A stretch of DNA of 64,000 nt, taken from NCBI GenBank assembly GCA_015492645.1, contig WGER01000044.1, forward strand, positions 12,046 to 76,045. The letters are read 5' to 3'. How positions within the stretch are numbered: position 1 is the stretch's first letter; each line of letters starts with the position of its first letter. Shown piece after piece: positions 42,863 through 52,721 of the stretch. The notes below the pieces were generated by a model. It was not told the origin of the DNA. It worked only from the letters and a program-made list of their open reading frames with translations, and did no database searches. Source of the DNA: Nitrospirota bacterium. GTDB taxonomy: Bacteria > Nitrospirota > Thermodesulfovibrionia > Thermodesulfovibrionales > JdFR-85. The position numbers and the translations under genes are program-made.

Positions 42863-44157
42863 TGTTAACATCGCTTTATACTGCCATAAGCGGGATGAGT
42901 GCAAATGGCACATATCTATCTGTTATTGGTGACAACATTGCCAACCTCAACACCATCGGGTTTAAGGGTAGCAGGGTCTCCTTTGCTGACGTAATGAGCC
43001 AGACGATAACAGGTATCGCCGGACAGTCCCAGATAGGCAGGGGTGTTATGGTGAGCAGGGTCAGCCCACTGTTTACACAGGGCTCATTTGAGACAACCGG
43101 GAGTGCCCTTGACTTGGCAATTGATGGAGACGGTTTCTTCATCATTAGCGACCAGGGAGCAAGGTACTACACAAGGGCAGGACAGTTCAGCATCAACAAG
43201 GACGGATATATTGTAAACCCCGAGGGATTGGTGCTCCAGGGATATCTTATTGACAGTTCTGGTAATATTACAGGAACGCTGGGAGACCTTCAGGTCGCCA
43301 CAAATCAGATACCTGCCAATATGACCACATCCGTTGAGATTGCCGTAAATCTGGATGCCACAGCAACTGCCCCTTCTGCTGCATTCACACTCGATGGAAA
43401 TGGTGACGGAGTGAACGATGATCCGGCCAATTACAACTTTACCACCTCGGTGACAGTATATGACTCTCAGGGTGGAGCCCACGATGTGACCCTGTATTTC
43501 GTAAAGACTGCTGACAACACATGGGATGTCCACTATGTGCAGGAAGATCCGGCCAATCCAGGACAACTACTGGAGGCAGGTGTTCAGAACTTGGTCTTTA
43601 ACGAGGACGGCTCCCTCCAGACCGATAACGAGACCCCGATTAACTTCACCTTCGGAGGAGGGATAACCACTCCTCAACCCATTACCTTCGACTACGGCAC
43701 TGGAACCGGAGAGACACCGGCAGGCAATGGCTTAGACGGAACAACCCAGTTTGCTTCGGATTTTGCTGTGCTTAACCTTAGCCAGGATGGATACGGCGCG
43801 GGCTTCCTGAAGAACCTCATTGTCTCAGAGGATGGTGTGATTACAGGTGTGTTTACAAATGGACAGACAAGGGTGATAGCACAGGTTGCACTGGCGAAGT
43901 TTCTCTCACCTAACGGTCTGACAAAGATGGGGCGCAACCTTTATGCAGAGTCCTACGAGTCAGGGCAACCGATTGTGAGTGCTCCGGGGACCTCAGGACT
44001 CGGAAGGATTCTCTCCAATACCCTCGAACTCAGTAACGTGGACCTTGCCGAGGAGTTTGTAAGAATGATCTCTGCTCAGAGGGGATTTCAGGCAAACTCC
44101 CGTGTCGTGACCACCACTGATGACCTGCTGCAGGAACTGGTGAACCTGAAGAGGTAA
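42859..44157 (+). CDS. flgE: Flagellar hook protein FlgE
   Basis: MLTSLYTAISGMSANGTYLSVIGDNIANLNTIGFK at the N-terminus, and SNVDLAEEFVRMISAQRGFQANSRVVTT at the C-terminus. Confidence 0.95.
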   Translation: MMLTSLYTAISGMSANGTYLSVIGDNIANLNTIGFKGSRVSFADVMSQTITGIAGQSQIGRGVMVSRVSPLFTQGSFETTGSALDLAIDGDGFFIISDQGARYYTRAGQFSINKDGYIVNPEGLVLQGYLIDSSGNITGTLGDLQVATNQIPANMTTSVEIAVNLDATATAPSAAFTLDGNGDGVNDDPANYNFTTSVTVYDSQGGAHDVTLYFVKTADNTWDVHYVQEDPANPGQLLEAGVQNLVFNEDGSLQTDNETPINFTFGGGITTPQPITFDYGTGTGETPAGNGLDGTTQFASDFAVLNLSQDGYGAGFLKNLIVSEDGVITGVFTNGQTRVIAQVALAKFLSPNGLTKMGRNLYAESYESGQPIVSAPGTSGLGRILSNTLELSNVDLAEEFVRMISAQRGFQANSRVVTTTDDLLQELVNLKR

Positions 44158-44162
44158 AGGGC

Positions 44163-44190
44163 TAAAGTTGTGCCTTGTTCTGCCGAAATA
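44163..44190 (+). promoter_or_regulatory. Sigma-28 (FliA) promoter upstream of the HDOD-GGDEF gene
   Basis: CTAAAGTT-12 nt-GCCGAAATAA. It has the same architecture and spacing as the flagellin promoter at 28619-28648. Confidence 0.65.
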
Positions 44191-44208
44191 AAAAGAGATA
44201 GAGGTTGT

Positions 44209-45765
44209 GTGAAAGGGGCCATACCAAAAGTACAGACATGGATGCAGGCACCATATAGAGAGTTAATTACACAGGATCTGAGTCTTCCCACACCTCCGGC
44301 CGTAGCAGCAAGGATACTTCAGGCCATAAGGGAGGAGGGGGTGTCCGGGAAGGAACTCGGAGAGATTGTCTCTACTGATCCAGCACTCACAGTAAAGATA
44401 CTGAAGTTAGTAAATTCCCCCTTCTACGGCTTTCTTTCACGGGTCAACAGCATTGAGAGGGCAGTAGGGATACTCGGGATAAATGCTGTAAAGAATATCG
44501 CCCTGTCCTTTGTCGTAATGAAGTCAATAAACAGACTCAGCACCTCTGATGATGGATTCAACATGCAGTATTTCTGGAAAAGGGCAATAACCTCAGCAGT
44601 GTCAGCAGAACTTCTCTCGCAGAATATAGGTGTCAATAAAGAGAACACCTTTGTCGCAGGTCTGCTAATGGATATAGGTGTTCCCGTTATGTATAGTCTT
44701 AATCCTTTTAAGTATAAAAGGGTGATGACTGAAAAGAGGACAGGGAATATCAACACTACAGAAGCCGAAAGGAGGGTCTTTGGTTTTGATCATCAACTGG
44801 TGGGCAAGGAGTTACTTAAAAACTGGTATATTCCCGAGGTTATCTACAGGCCCATCGGGACACACCACGAACCTGAGAGTGATTCTAACGAAATGGTTAA
44901 AATTCTGTATATATCTGACATTATCTCATCTATCTATCACGGAACAAAGAATACTGAAAAACTGTATTCCCTCAGGAGATTATTAGAGAAGTGGTTCGGA
45001 GTTTCTGATGATGTAATGGAGAAATTGCTGGATGAGGTGGGAGAAAGGACGGTAGAGATACTGGATGCCTTTGAGATACCTGCAGGAAATATGAAACCCT
45101 ACTCCCTGTTACTCCAGGAGGCGAATGAGGAACTGCAAAAACTCAACCTTTCCTATGAAAATCTGATAATAGAGTTAAAAAGAGCGAAACAGAATGCAGA
45201 AGAACTGGCCAGACAGTTGATGGAAGCGAACAGGAAACTCCAGGAACTCGCCTTCAGAGATGGTTTAACGGGTCTTTACAATCACAGGTTCTTCCAGGAG
45301 ACGCTGGACAAGGAGTTAAAAAGGGTTGAGAGATACCGACATCCCCTTGCAGTCCTCATGATAGACATAGACCATTTTAAAAGGATCAATGATACATATG
45401 GACATCCAAAGGGTGATGTGGTGTTAAAAGAGATCGGGAGGCTTATTATGGATAATGTGAGAAGTACTGACATTCCTGCCCGTTATGGAGGAGAAGAGTT
45501 CTCTATCATACTACCTGAGACCACCTACTCTGGTGCATTTAAACTCGCAGAGAGGTTGAGAAAAAGGGTGGAGGAACTCAGTTTCAACTTTAGATCAGAA
45601 GCAGTTAATGTGACAGTGAGTATCGGAGGGGCATCCCTGTCTGGCAGATGCATGATAAAAAAGAACATCCTTTTGGAGACGGCCGACAGGGCTCTTTATG
45701 AATCCAAGAGCAAAGGGAGGAACAGAACCACCCTTTACAGATTTCATGATACTGCCATTTTTTGA
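44209..45765 (+). CDS. HDOD domain-GGDEF diguanylate cyclase
   Basis: N-terminal HDOD (LPTPPAVAARILQAI...), coiled coil, then GGDEF with RYGGEEF and an RSTD I-site 5 aa upstream. The start is GTG 44209 (GAGG RBS) or ATG 44242. The ORF-track GTG at 44170 lies inside the predicted promoter. Confidence 0.85.
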   Translation: MKGAIPKVQTWMQAPYRELITQDLSLPTPPAVAARILQAIREEGVSGKELGEIVSTDPALTVKILKLVNSPFYGFLSRVNSIERAVGILGINAVKNIALSFVVMKSINRLSTSDDGFNMQYFWKRAITSAVSAELLSQNIGVNKENTFVAGLLMDIGVPVMYSLNPFKYKRVMTEKRTGNINTTEAERRVFGFDHQLVGKELLKNWYIPEVIYRPIGTHHEPESDSNEMVKILYISDIISSIYHGTKNTEKLYSLRRLLEKWFGVSDDVMEKLLDEVGERTVEILDAFEIPAGNMKPYSLLLQEANEELQKLNLSYENLIIELKRAKQNAEELARQLMEANRKLQELAFRDGLTGLYNHRFFQETLDKELKRVERYRHPLAVLMIDIDHFKRINDTYGHPKGDVVLKEIGRLIMDNVRSTDIPARYGGEEFSIILPETTYSGAFKLAERLRKRVEELSFNFRSEAVNVTVSIGGASLSGRCMIKKNILLETADRALYESKSKGRNRTTLYRFHDTAIF

Positions 45766-45862
45766 ACACATCTGACACCTTTTCAGCCCCTCTGAAGTCA
45801 TTTCTTTGACATGTAATCCCTTAAATGCTTGTAATCCATTGATTTTAAAGTGTTTTCTGAAC

Positions 45863-45878
45863 AGGCACGATATTTGAT
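45863..45878 (+). promoter_or_regulatory. Sigma-54-type promoter upstream of fliL (aGGCAC-N5-TTGAT)
   Basis: AGGCACGATATTTGAT, 49 nt before the ATG at 45912. The predicted leader contains AGGAGGAGAGG. Confidence 0.45.
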
Positions 45879-45911
45879 ATAGAAAAAAATAAAACTCTCA
45901 GGAGGAGAGGA

Positions 45912-46385
45912 ATGGAAGAGGAAAGGGAAGAGGAACAGGAGGAACAGCCAAAGAAGAAAAAAGGGAAAATGCTTGTTTTATTGGTGCTGGTGGTAGTGTT
46001 TCTTGCTGCTGCGGCGGGAGGATACTTCTTCTTCATGAAGAAAGGCAATACCGCATCCCGGCAGACACCAGAGGAGGAGACAGCAGACAAGACGGTTCTT
46101 GTTCCCTTTGAGCCCTTCATCCTTAATCTGATGGAACATGGTAGATTCCTGAAGTTCAGTATGCAACTAGAACTCGTATCTGAGAAATACAGAGAGATGG
46201 TAGAGTCGAAGGTCCCGCTTATCAGGGATGCGATTATAACGCTCGTCAGCAGTAAGTCTGTAGAATCCCTTTCCAGTCCTGAAGGGAAGATGCAACTGAA
46301 GGACGAGATCATTCTGAGAGCAAATCAGGCGGTGGGCAGAGATGTAATTGTGGGCGTGTATTTTACAGAGTTTGTGATGCAATGA
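45912..46385 (+). CDS. fliL: Flagellar basal body-associated protein FliL
   Basis: Charged N-terminus, one TM, then VPFEPFILNL...FLKFSMQLEL...IRDAIITLVSS...YFTEFVMQ, typical of FliL. Confidence 0.85.
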   Translation: MEEEREEEQEEQPKKKKGKMLVLLVLVVVFLAAAAGGYFFFMKKGNTASRQTPEEETADKTVLVPFEPFILNLMEHGRFLKFSMQLELVSEKYREMVESKVPLIRDAIITLVSSKSVESLSSPEGKMQLKDEIILRANQAVGRDVIVGVYFTEFVMQ

Positions 46386-47350
46386 AGAAGATACTCTCAC
46401 AGGAGGAGATGGAGACACTGCTTAAAGGGGTCGAAGATGGAAGGATTGCCACCTCCACTGATGCAGGGAGCCAATTCGGGGTGAGGCATTACGATTTCAG
46501 GGAAGGAGTGGCCCTCTACAGAAACCTCAGGCACTTCCAATCATTCTCTGAGAGGGTGTCCCAAAACCTGAAGGATGTCCTCTCGACATTGTTGTTTAAG
46601 ACATTTGAGATCTCAACAACTCCTCCAGAGGTCTTAAATTTTGGAGAACTACAGAAGATGGTTCAGCAGGGTTCCTGTGCCGGCATCCTGAGGATTAAAT
46701 CAGACTCCCCTCCAGGGCTTTTTATCTTCGATCCAGTCCTTATCTATCTCCTACTGGAACTCTATTTTGGTGGGAAGGGAACAGCGGTTCAGGGAGAAAT
46801 AAATGAGAATCCCCTTACGCCGGTAAAGGAGAGGGTGATGAGGAAGGTACTGAAGATGATAACCGAGCAGTTGAACGGGACAATTAAGGAGTATGCTGAC
46901 TTGGAGATAGATCTGGACAAACTGGAGAGTAATCTGTCCATCTTAAATCTCTATGAACCTGACGATCCAATTATAAAGACCGAGTTCCAGATCGGGATAA
47001 ACGAGGCCACAGGGAGGTCCCTTTTCTGTGTCCCCCCTGCGGTGGTGAAGTCACTCAGGGTTTCATACCCAAAAGTGGTGGAAAAAGAGAGGGCAATCAC
47101 ACCTGATGACAGGGTGACAAGGACCTTGGTAGAGAACCTTATGAATGCAGAGGTAGAGGTGGTGGTTGAACTTGCGAGGATCGAACTCACCTTTGAGGAA
47201 CTGAGAGAACTGTCAGAGGGGAATGTGATTGCCACGGGGAAGGCCTTGGATGCTGAGGTGACTGTCTTGGTGCAGGGAGTTCAGAAGTTCAGGGGACAGA
47301 TCGGCAATAGAAAGGGTTATCAGTCAGTAAAAATAACAAGAGTTGATTGA
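46382..47350 (+). CDS. fliM: Flagellar motor switch protein FliM
   Basis: N-terminal LSQEEMETLL CheY-P binding motif. 322 aa. C-terminal SpoA-like domain. Confidence 0.9.
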   Translation: MKKILSQEEMETLLKGVEDGRIATSTDAGSQFGVRHYDFREGVALYRNLRHFQSFSERVSQNLKDVLSTLLFKTFEISTTPPEVLNFGELQKMVQQGSCAGILRIKSDSPPGLFIFDPVLIYLLLELYFGGKGTAVQGEINENPLTPVKERVMRKVLKMITEQLNGTIKEYADLEIDLDKLESNLSILNLYEPDDPIIKTEFQIGINEATGRSLFCVPPAVVKSLRVSYPKVVEKERAITPDDRVTRTLVENLMNAEVEVVVELARIELTFEELRELSEGNVIATGKALDAEVTVLVQGVQKFRGQIGNRKGYQSVKITRVD

Positions 47351-47360
47351 GAGGTATGCC

Positions 47361-47684
47361 ATGGCAGAAGAGACCACCCAGGAAATGAGGAGTGAGGAGA
47401 CAAAGGAAGACAACAGCAGGACCTTTCAGGAGATCGAATTCCTCCTTGACATCCCGCTCGAGGTGACCGTGGAACTGGGCAGGACCAGAATGCTGCTGAA
47501 GGATGTCCTCCGGATCTCGGAGGGATCCATTGTAGAACTCGGAAAGGAGGCGGGTGAACCACTCGAGATAATGGTGAACAACCGTCTCATAGCGAGAGGA
47601 GAGGCCGTGGTGGTGAACGAAAAGTTCGGGATTAAGATTACTGAAATAGTGAGCCCTGCAGAGAGGATACGGCGATTGAGATGA
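47361..47684 (+). CDS. fliN: Flagellar motor switch protein FliN
   Basis: SpoA domain LLDIPLEVTVELGRTRMLLKDVLRISEGSIVELGK...GEAVVVNEKFGIKITEI. ATG at 47361 follows a GAGAGG RBS. Confidence 0.9.
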   Translation: MAEETTQEMRSEETKEDNSRTFQEIEFLLDIPLEVTVELGRTRMLLKDVLRISEGSIVELGKEAGEPLEIMVNNRLIARGEAVVVNEKFGIKITEIVSPAERIRRLR

Positions 47685-48013
47685 TGGATCTCTATCTCCA
47701 AATAGTGATTTCACTGCTGCTGGTACTTGGGGCTGTCTTCGTAATACTTGGGTTGTGGGGCAGGAGGTACCAGAGAGGCTCAGGGCTTATAGACATAGTA
47801 GCATACAGGAGCCTTGACCCGAGGAAGGGGACCGCCGTGGCAGTGGTGAAGGTTGGCAGAGAAATGCTCTTTCTTGGGATAACACAGAGTGAAATAAGAC
47901 TATTAAGGACACTCAGGGAATCTGACATACAGGTGCCCCCGCAGAGGAGACTTGATGAGGGGTTCAGATTTTTGAGATTGCTGAGGGAGAAACTTGCAGA
48001 TGAAGATAACTGA
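47681..48013 (+). CDS. fliO: Flagellar biosynthesis protein FliO
   Basis: Single TM followed by IDIVAYRSLDPRKGTAVAVVKVGREMLFLGIT, typical of FliO. Position before fliP. Confidence 0.75.
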   Translation: MMDLYLQIVISLLLVLGAVFVILGLWGRRYQRGSGLIDIVAYRSLDPRKGTAVAVVKVGREMLFLGITQSEIRLLRTLRESDIQVPPQRRLDEGFRFLRLLREKLADEDN

Positions 48014-48632
48014 CCCTGCAATAGAGGTCTTTGTCCTTATAGCATTTCTGTCACTGATTCCGTCATTGCTGGTGATGTTTACTTCCTTCACCAGGATAGT
48101 GGTCGTATTGTCACTGCTGAGACAGGCAATTGGAGGACAACAGATACCTCCCAATCTGGTGATAATAGGGCTTTCCCTTTTTCTTACATTGTATGTGATG
48201 TCACCCACGATTGATACAGTTACAGATGCTGCTATAATGCCCTATATGAAGAAAGAGATAACCTTGGAGGAGGCCCTCAAGAGGATGGAAAAACCAGTAA
48301 AGATGTTTATGCTGAGACAGACCAGACAGAAGGACCTTCTCCTCTTTCTCAAACTCACAAAACACAAAAGGCCTGAGAGTCCAGAGGAGACACCCCTGAC
48401 CGTTGTGGTCCCTGCCTTCGTCATAAGTGAGTTGACTGCTGCATTCAAGATAGGGTTTATTCTCTATCTGCCCTTCCTGATAATAGATATGGTGGTCTCC
48501 AGCATCTTGCTTTCTATGGGGATGATGATGCTTCCACCTGTTCTGGTATCCATGCCCTTTAAACTCCTTTTGTTCATCTTGGTGGATGGATGGGATCTGG
48601 TTGTTACTTCACTGGTGGGGAGTATAAGATGA
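48000..48632 (+). CDS. fliP: Flagellar export gate protein FliP
   Basis: SLIPSLLVMFTSFTRIVVVLSLLRQAIG and LPFLIIDMVVSSILLSMGMMMLPP motifs. Confidence 0.9.
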   Translation: MKITDPAIEVFVLIAFLSLIPSLLVMFTSFTRIVVVLSLLRQAIGGQQIPPNLVIIGLSLFLTLYVMSPTIDTVTDAAIMPYMKKEITLEEALKRMEKPVKMFMLRQTRQKDLLLFLKLTKHKRPESPEETPLTVVVPAFVISELTAAFKIGFILYLPFLIIDMVVSSILLSMGMMMLPPVLVSMPFKLLLFILVDGWDLVVTSLVGSIR

Positions 48633-48898
48633 ATGTAGATGTACTGAAGGACATATCAGCAGAGGTCTTTAAGACACTCCTTCTGGTGTCAGGGCCTGTT
48701 CTTCTTGTCAGTCTTGTGACAGGTCTTGTCGTGAGCCTCTTTCAGGCAGTCACCCAGATACAGGAGTTCACCCTCACATTCGTCCCAAAGATAATTGCAG
48801 TATTCGTCTGTCTCTTTATCCTTCTGCCCTGGATAGCAAAGGTACTGATCACCTTTACAATAAATCTCTTTCAGAATATACCTGTTTATGTGAGGTAG
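48629..48898 (+). CDS. fliQ: Flagellar export gate protein FliQ
   Basis: 89 aa with LFQAVTQIQEFTLTFVPKI motif. ATGA overlap with fliP. Confidence 0.9.
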   Translation: MNVDVLKDISAEVFKTLLLVSGPVLLVSLVTGLVVSLFQAVTQIQEFTLTFVPKIIAVFVCLFILLPWIAKVLITFTINLFQNIPVYVR

Positions 48899-48899
48899 T

Positions 48900-49652
48900 A
48901 TGTCAGTTGATGGAGAGTATATAGTGAGATTTCTCCTTGTTCTGCTGAGAACGAGCATAGTGTTCGTTCTACTGCCCCTTTTCGGTAGCAGACTCCTGCC
49001 AGCAAGATTCAAGATAGGCATGGTGTTGACGCTTTCCATTGTGATCACCTCTGTGGTTGACTTCCGCTCCCTTGCTGATGAGATCCCGACCCTTGTATTT
49101 ACGGAGATGATAATCGGGGTGGTGCTCGGTCTGGTGGCGAGGGCGGTCTTCTTTGCCACCGAGATGGCAGGACAACTGATGAGCAATATGATAGGTATGT
49201 CCATAGCAAACTTCTTTGACCCCGAGTTTGGCTCCTCAACAGAACTCTCCAGGTTCCTCAGTATGCTGGCGATTCTGACCCTCCTCTGTCTGGATATTCA
49301 TCACGAGATCCTGCTTCTGTTTATAAGGAGTTACGAGTTGCTACCAGCAGGGGCGGTCTCCTTAGAGGGTCTTCTGCAGAGACTCCTGAAGGTGATCCAG
49401 TTCACCGGGCTACTCTGCCTCAGGATTGCTGCACCGGTGGTGATTCTGATGCTTATCACAAACCTGGCAATGGGGTTCATCTCGAGGGCTGTCCCCCAGA
49501 TGAACATATTCTTCGTCACCTATCCAGTGTACTTCTTCGTAGGGCTCACCACGATCCTTCTGTCAATACCTGCATATATTTATCTTTTTAACGTCTCCTA
49601 TGGCAGGGTAAAGGAGGAATTGATACTTACCCTGAAGGTTGCAGGGGGATGA
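48900..49652 (+). CDS. fliR: Flagellar export gate protein FliR
   Basis: Polytopic 250-aa protein in the fliPQR-flhB position, with FLLVLLRTSIVFVLLPLFG and QMNIFFVTYP motifs. Confidence 0.85.
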   Translation: MSVDGEYIVRFLLVLLRTSIVFVLLPLFGSRLLPARFKIGMVLTLSIVITSVVDFRSLADEIPTLVFTEMIIGVVLGLVARAVFFATEMAGQLMSNMIGMSIANFFDPEFGSSTELSRFLSMLAILTLLCLDIHHEILLLFIRSYELLPAGAVSLEGLLQRLLKVIQFTGLLCLRIAAPVVILMLITNLAMGFISRAVPQMNIFFVTYPVYFFVGLTTILLSIPAYIYLFNVSYGRVKEELILTLKVAGG

Positions 49653-49653
49653 C

Positions 49654-50688
49654 ATGGCCGAATTTGAGGAGAGGACAGAACAACCGACACCGAGAAAGAG
49701 ACAGAAGGCAAGGGAAAAGGGGCGGGTGGCAAGGAGCAGAGACCTCCTTTCTATCACCTCTGCCGCAGGTGTCTTCATAGTCATGTTTTTCTACGGGAGA
49801 ACCTTTGTTAGAGGGTTCTATCACCTGAGCGGTTCGTTGCTGGCCATGAGGTACGGGACGCATCCCATGGAGGTCCTCAGAGATGCCTCTGCAGAGGTGA
49901 TGCTTCTTCTACTGCCCTTCTGGCTCATTGCCACAGCCTTAGTCCTGCTGGCCGGATTCATTCAGGGTGGTGTTGTACTGAAACCCCTCAGTATAGAGAT
50001 GGAAAGGCTGAATCCAGTAAACGGGCTGAGGAGGCTGTTTTCACTCCAGGGGTTCTTTGAGTTACTCAAGGCGTTGTTGAAGTTTCTCCTCGGTGGTGTG
50101 GCACTCTATCTGATCGTCTGGTATGTCCTGAAGGTGATCCCTGCGACCCCTGCAATGGAACTTGAGGTTATCAGAGGCCTGGCCATGATCCTTATAAAGA
50201 AGAGCATCATTGCAATGCTCGGCCTCTTTCTCCTCATCGCCCTCTTTGACTATATACAGGAACGGTACAGGTTTGAGAGGTCCATCAGGATGACCAGGCA
50301 GGAGATAAAGGAGGAGTTCAAAGAGACAGAGGGAGACCCCTTGGTCAGGGCAAGGATAAGGAGCATCCAGAAAGAACTGGCAAGGAGAAGGATGATACAG
50401 GAGGTGCAAAAGGCGACTGTGGTGGTAACGAACCCGACACACATTGCAGTGGCACTTCTGTATAGGAGGGAAGAACTCCCAGCGCCAAAGGTGGTGGCAA
50501 AGGGGGCAGGCTATGTTGCAGAGAAGATAAAGGAGGTGGCCAGGGGGCACTCTGTCCCTATAGTGGAGGACCCTCCCCTTGCAAGGGCCCTCTACAGGTT
50601 GAAGATAGGGGCATATATACCTGAAGAACTCTACAAAGCGGTAGCCAAGATCTTGGCTTACATCTACAAGACAAGAGGCAAACTATGA
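49654..50688 (+). CDS. flhB: Flagellar export switch protein FlhB
   Basis: MAEFEERTEQPTPRKRQKAREKG N-terminus and NPTH autocleavage site (VVTNPTHIAVAL). Confidence 0.95.
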   Translation: MAEFEERTEQPTPRKRQKAREKGRVARSRDLLSITSAAGVFIVMFFYGRTFVRGFYHLSGSLLAMRYGTHPMEVLRDASAEVMLLLLPFWLIATALVLLAGFIQGGVVLKPLSIEMERLNPVNGLRRLFSLQGFFELLKALLKFLLGGVALYLIVWYVLKVIPATPAMELEVIRGLAMILIKKSIIAMLGLFLLIALFDYIQERYRFERSIRMTRQEIKEEFKETEGDPLVRARIRSIQKELARRRMIQEVQKATVVVTNPTHIAVALLYRREELPAPKVVAKGAGYVAEKIKEVARGHSVPIVEDPPLARALYRLKIGAYIPEELYKAVAKILAYIYKTRGKL

Positions 50689-52721
50689 CACTGGTGGATT
50701 CCTTACAAAGGCGTTCCGATGTGATGGTGGCAATGGCGGTGGTGGTGATCCTGGCGGTTATGATATTGCCAATACCGCCATTTCTGCTGGATATCTTCCT
50801 GTCCCTGTCTCTTTCTCTTTCGATTGTAATACTCATCAGGAGCATCTTTGTGAGTAAGCCTCTGGACTTCTCGGTGTTTCCAACTGTCCTCCTCTTTGCA
50901 ACCCTCTACAGGCTGGCACTGAATGTGGCCTCCACGAGGCTGATACTGCTGAAGGGGCACGAGGGGGTGGATGCGGCAGGACAGGTGATCAAGTCCTTTG
51001 GAAAGTTCGTTGTTGGGGGTAACTATGCGGTGGGGCTTATTGTCTTCCTGATTCTCGTGGTTATAAACTTCGTGGTAATAACCAAGGGTGCCGGCAGGAT
51101 AGCAGAGGTGGCAGCGAGGTTCACCCTTGATGGGATGCCCGGCAAACAGATGGCGATTGATGCTGACCTGAATGCGGGTCTCATAGACGAAACAGAGGCA
51201 AGAAGGAGAAGGGCCCTGATTGCCCAGGAGGCCGACTTTTACGGTGCTATGGACGGGGCGAGCAAGTTCGTCAGGGGTGACGCCATAGCCGGGCTGATCA
51301 TAACCGGAATAAACATCATAGGAGGCCTAATAATAGGCACACTGCAACAAGGGATGCCCCTGTCTGAGGCGGCAAGAACCTATACGATCCTTACCATAGG
51401 TGATGGACTGGTGGCGCAGATACCGGCACTGCTGGTGTCAACCTCTGCTGGAATAGTGGTGAGCAGGGCCGGCTCTGAGATGGACCTTGGCAGAAACATC
51501 CTTCTACAGGTGATAATAAATCCCAAGGCACTGGTAACGGTCTCCGTGATACTGGTCGTTATGGCCATGGTGCCCGGCCTTCCCAAGGTTCCTTTCCTGT
51601 TAATATCTGCTGCCTTTGCAACGGTTGCCTATGTACTGTCAAGACCTCCAGAGGTGAAAGAGGAGGAACCGGAGGAGACCCAGCAGGAGGAACCGCCGAT
51701 TGAGCCCTTCCTTGCCATTGAACCTCTTACGCTGGAGATCGGTTACGGACTAATCCCGCTGGTGGAACAGGACAATGCCCCCCTTCTGGTCAAGATAAGG
51801 GCGATGAGGAGGCAACTGGCCTCAGAACTCGGTTTTATAGTGCCTTCAATACACATAAAGGACAATTTGCAACTGAAGCCCCATGAGTATGCCTTTATTA
51901 TCAGAGGGATAGAGGTCGGCAGGGGAGAGATAATGATGGGTCATCAACTTGCAGTGGCCTCAGAAGGTGCAGAGGAACTGAAGGGAATTCCTACCAGAGA
52001 GCCGGCCTTTGGACTGCCTGCATACTGGATAAAGGACGAAGAGGCAGATGGTGCAAGAACGAAAGGTTACATGGTGGTAGATGTAGCCACTGTGATTGTT
52101 ACCCATATCACAGAATTGATTAAGGGCCATGCCTGGGAGTTACTCACCCGCTCTGAGGTCCAGTCAATGCTTGACAGTGTGGCCAAGACCTACCCCCGTC
52201 TGGTAGATGAACTGATCCCTGACCTTATGACACTTGGAGGAGTGCAGAGGGTTCTACAGAACCTGCTGAAGGAAAGGGTGCCGATTAACGACTTGGTTAC
52301 CATACTTGAGACCCTTGTGGATTACGCCTCCACCACAAAGGACATTGAACTTCTCACGGAATACGTGCGTCAGTCACTGGCGAGGTTTATTACAAAGCAG
52401 TATGCGGGACCGGACGGGAATCTCCATGTCCTTGCCCTTGACTCCAGATTTGAGGTGGCCATTACAGAGTCAATAGAGAGGGAGGCAGAGATAGGGCATG
52501 AGATAATGGCGAGACTGCTGAGGGGTATAGAGAAGGCACTAAACGAATTCTCAGAGAGATATAAGGATATACAGCCCATAGTGCTCACCTCGCCTCAGAC
52601 GAGGAGGTATGTAAGAAAGATAGTGGAGAGGTTTATCCCCTCTCTGGTGATCCTCTCAACTGCCGAGATACTGCCCTCTGTGAGGATATACACGGTGGGG
52701 GTGGTGAAGTATGAAGATTAA
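50685..52721 (+). CDS. flhA: Flagellar export gate protein FlhA
   Basis: 678 aa. FHIPEP region (RFTLDGMPGKQMAIDADLNAG...FYGAMDGASKFVRGDA). Confidence 0.95.
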   Translation: MTLVDSLQRRSDVMVAMAVVVILAVMILPIPPFLLDIFLSLSLSLSIVILIRSIFVSKPLDFSVFPTVLLFATLYRLALNVASTRLILLKGHEGVDAAGQVIKSFGKFVVGGNYAVGLIVFLILVVINFVVITKGAGRIAEVAARFTLDGMPGKQMAIDADLNAGLIDETEARRRRALIAQEADFYGAMDGASKFVRGDAIAGLIITGINIIGGLIIGTLQQGMPLSEAARTYTILTIGDGLVAQIPALLVSTSAGIVVSRAGSEMDLGRNILLQVIINPKALVTVSVILVVMAMVPGLPKVPFLLISAAFATVAYVLSRPPEVKEEEPEETQQEEPPIEPFLAIEPLTLEIGYGLIPLVEQDNAPLLVKIRAMRRQLASELGFIVPSIHIKDNLQLKPHEYAFIIRGIEVGRGEIMMGHQLAVASEGAEELKGIPTREPAFGLPAYWIKDEEADGARTKGYMVVDVATVIVTHITELIKGHAWELLTRSEVQSMLDSVAKTYPRLVDELIPDLMTLGGVQRVLQNLLKERVPINDLVTILETLVDYASTTKDIELLTEYVRQSLARFITKQYAGPDGNLHVLALDSRFEVAITESIEREAEIGHEIMARLLRGIEKALNEFSERYKDIQPIVLTSPQTRRYVRKIVERFIPSLVILSTAEILPSVRIYTVGVVKYED

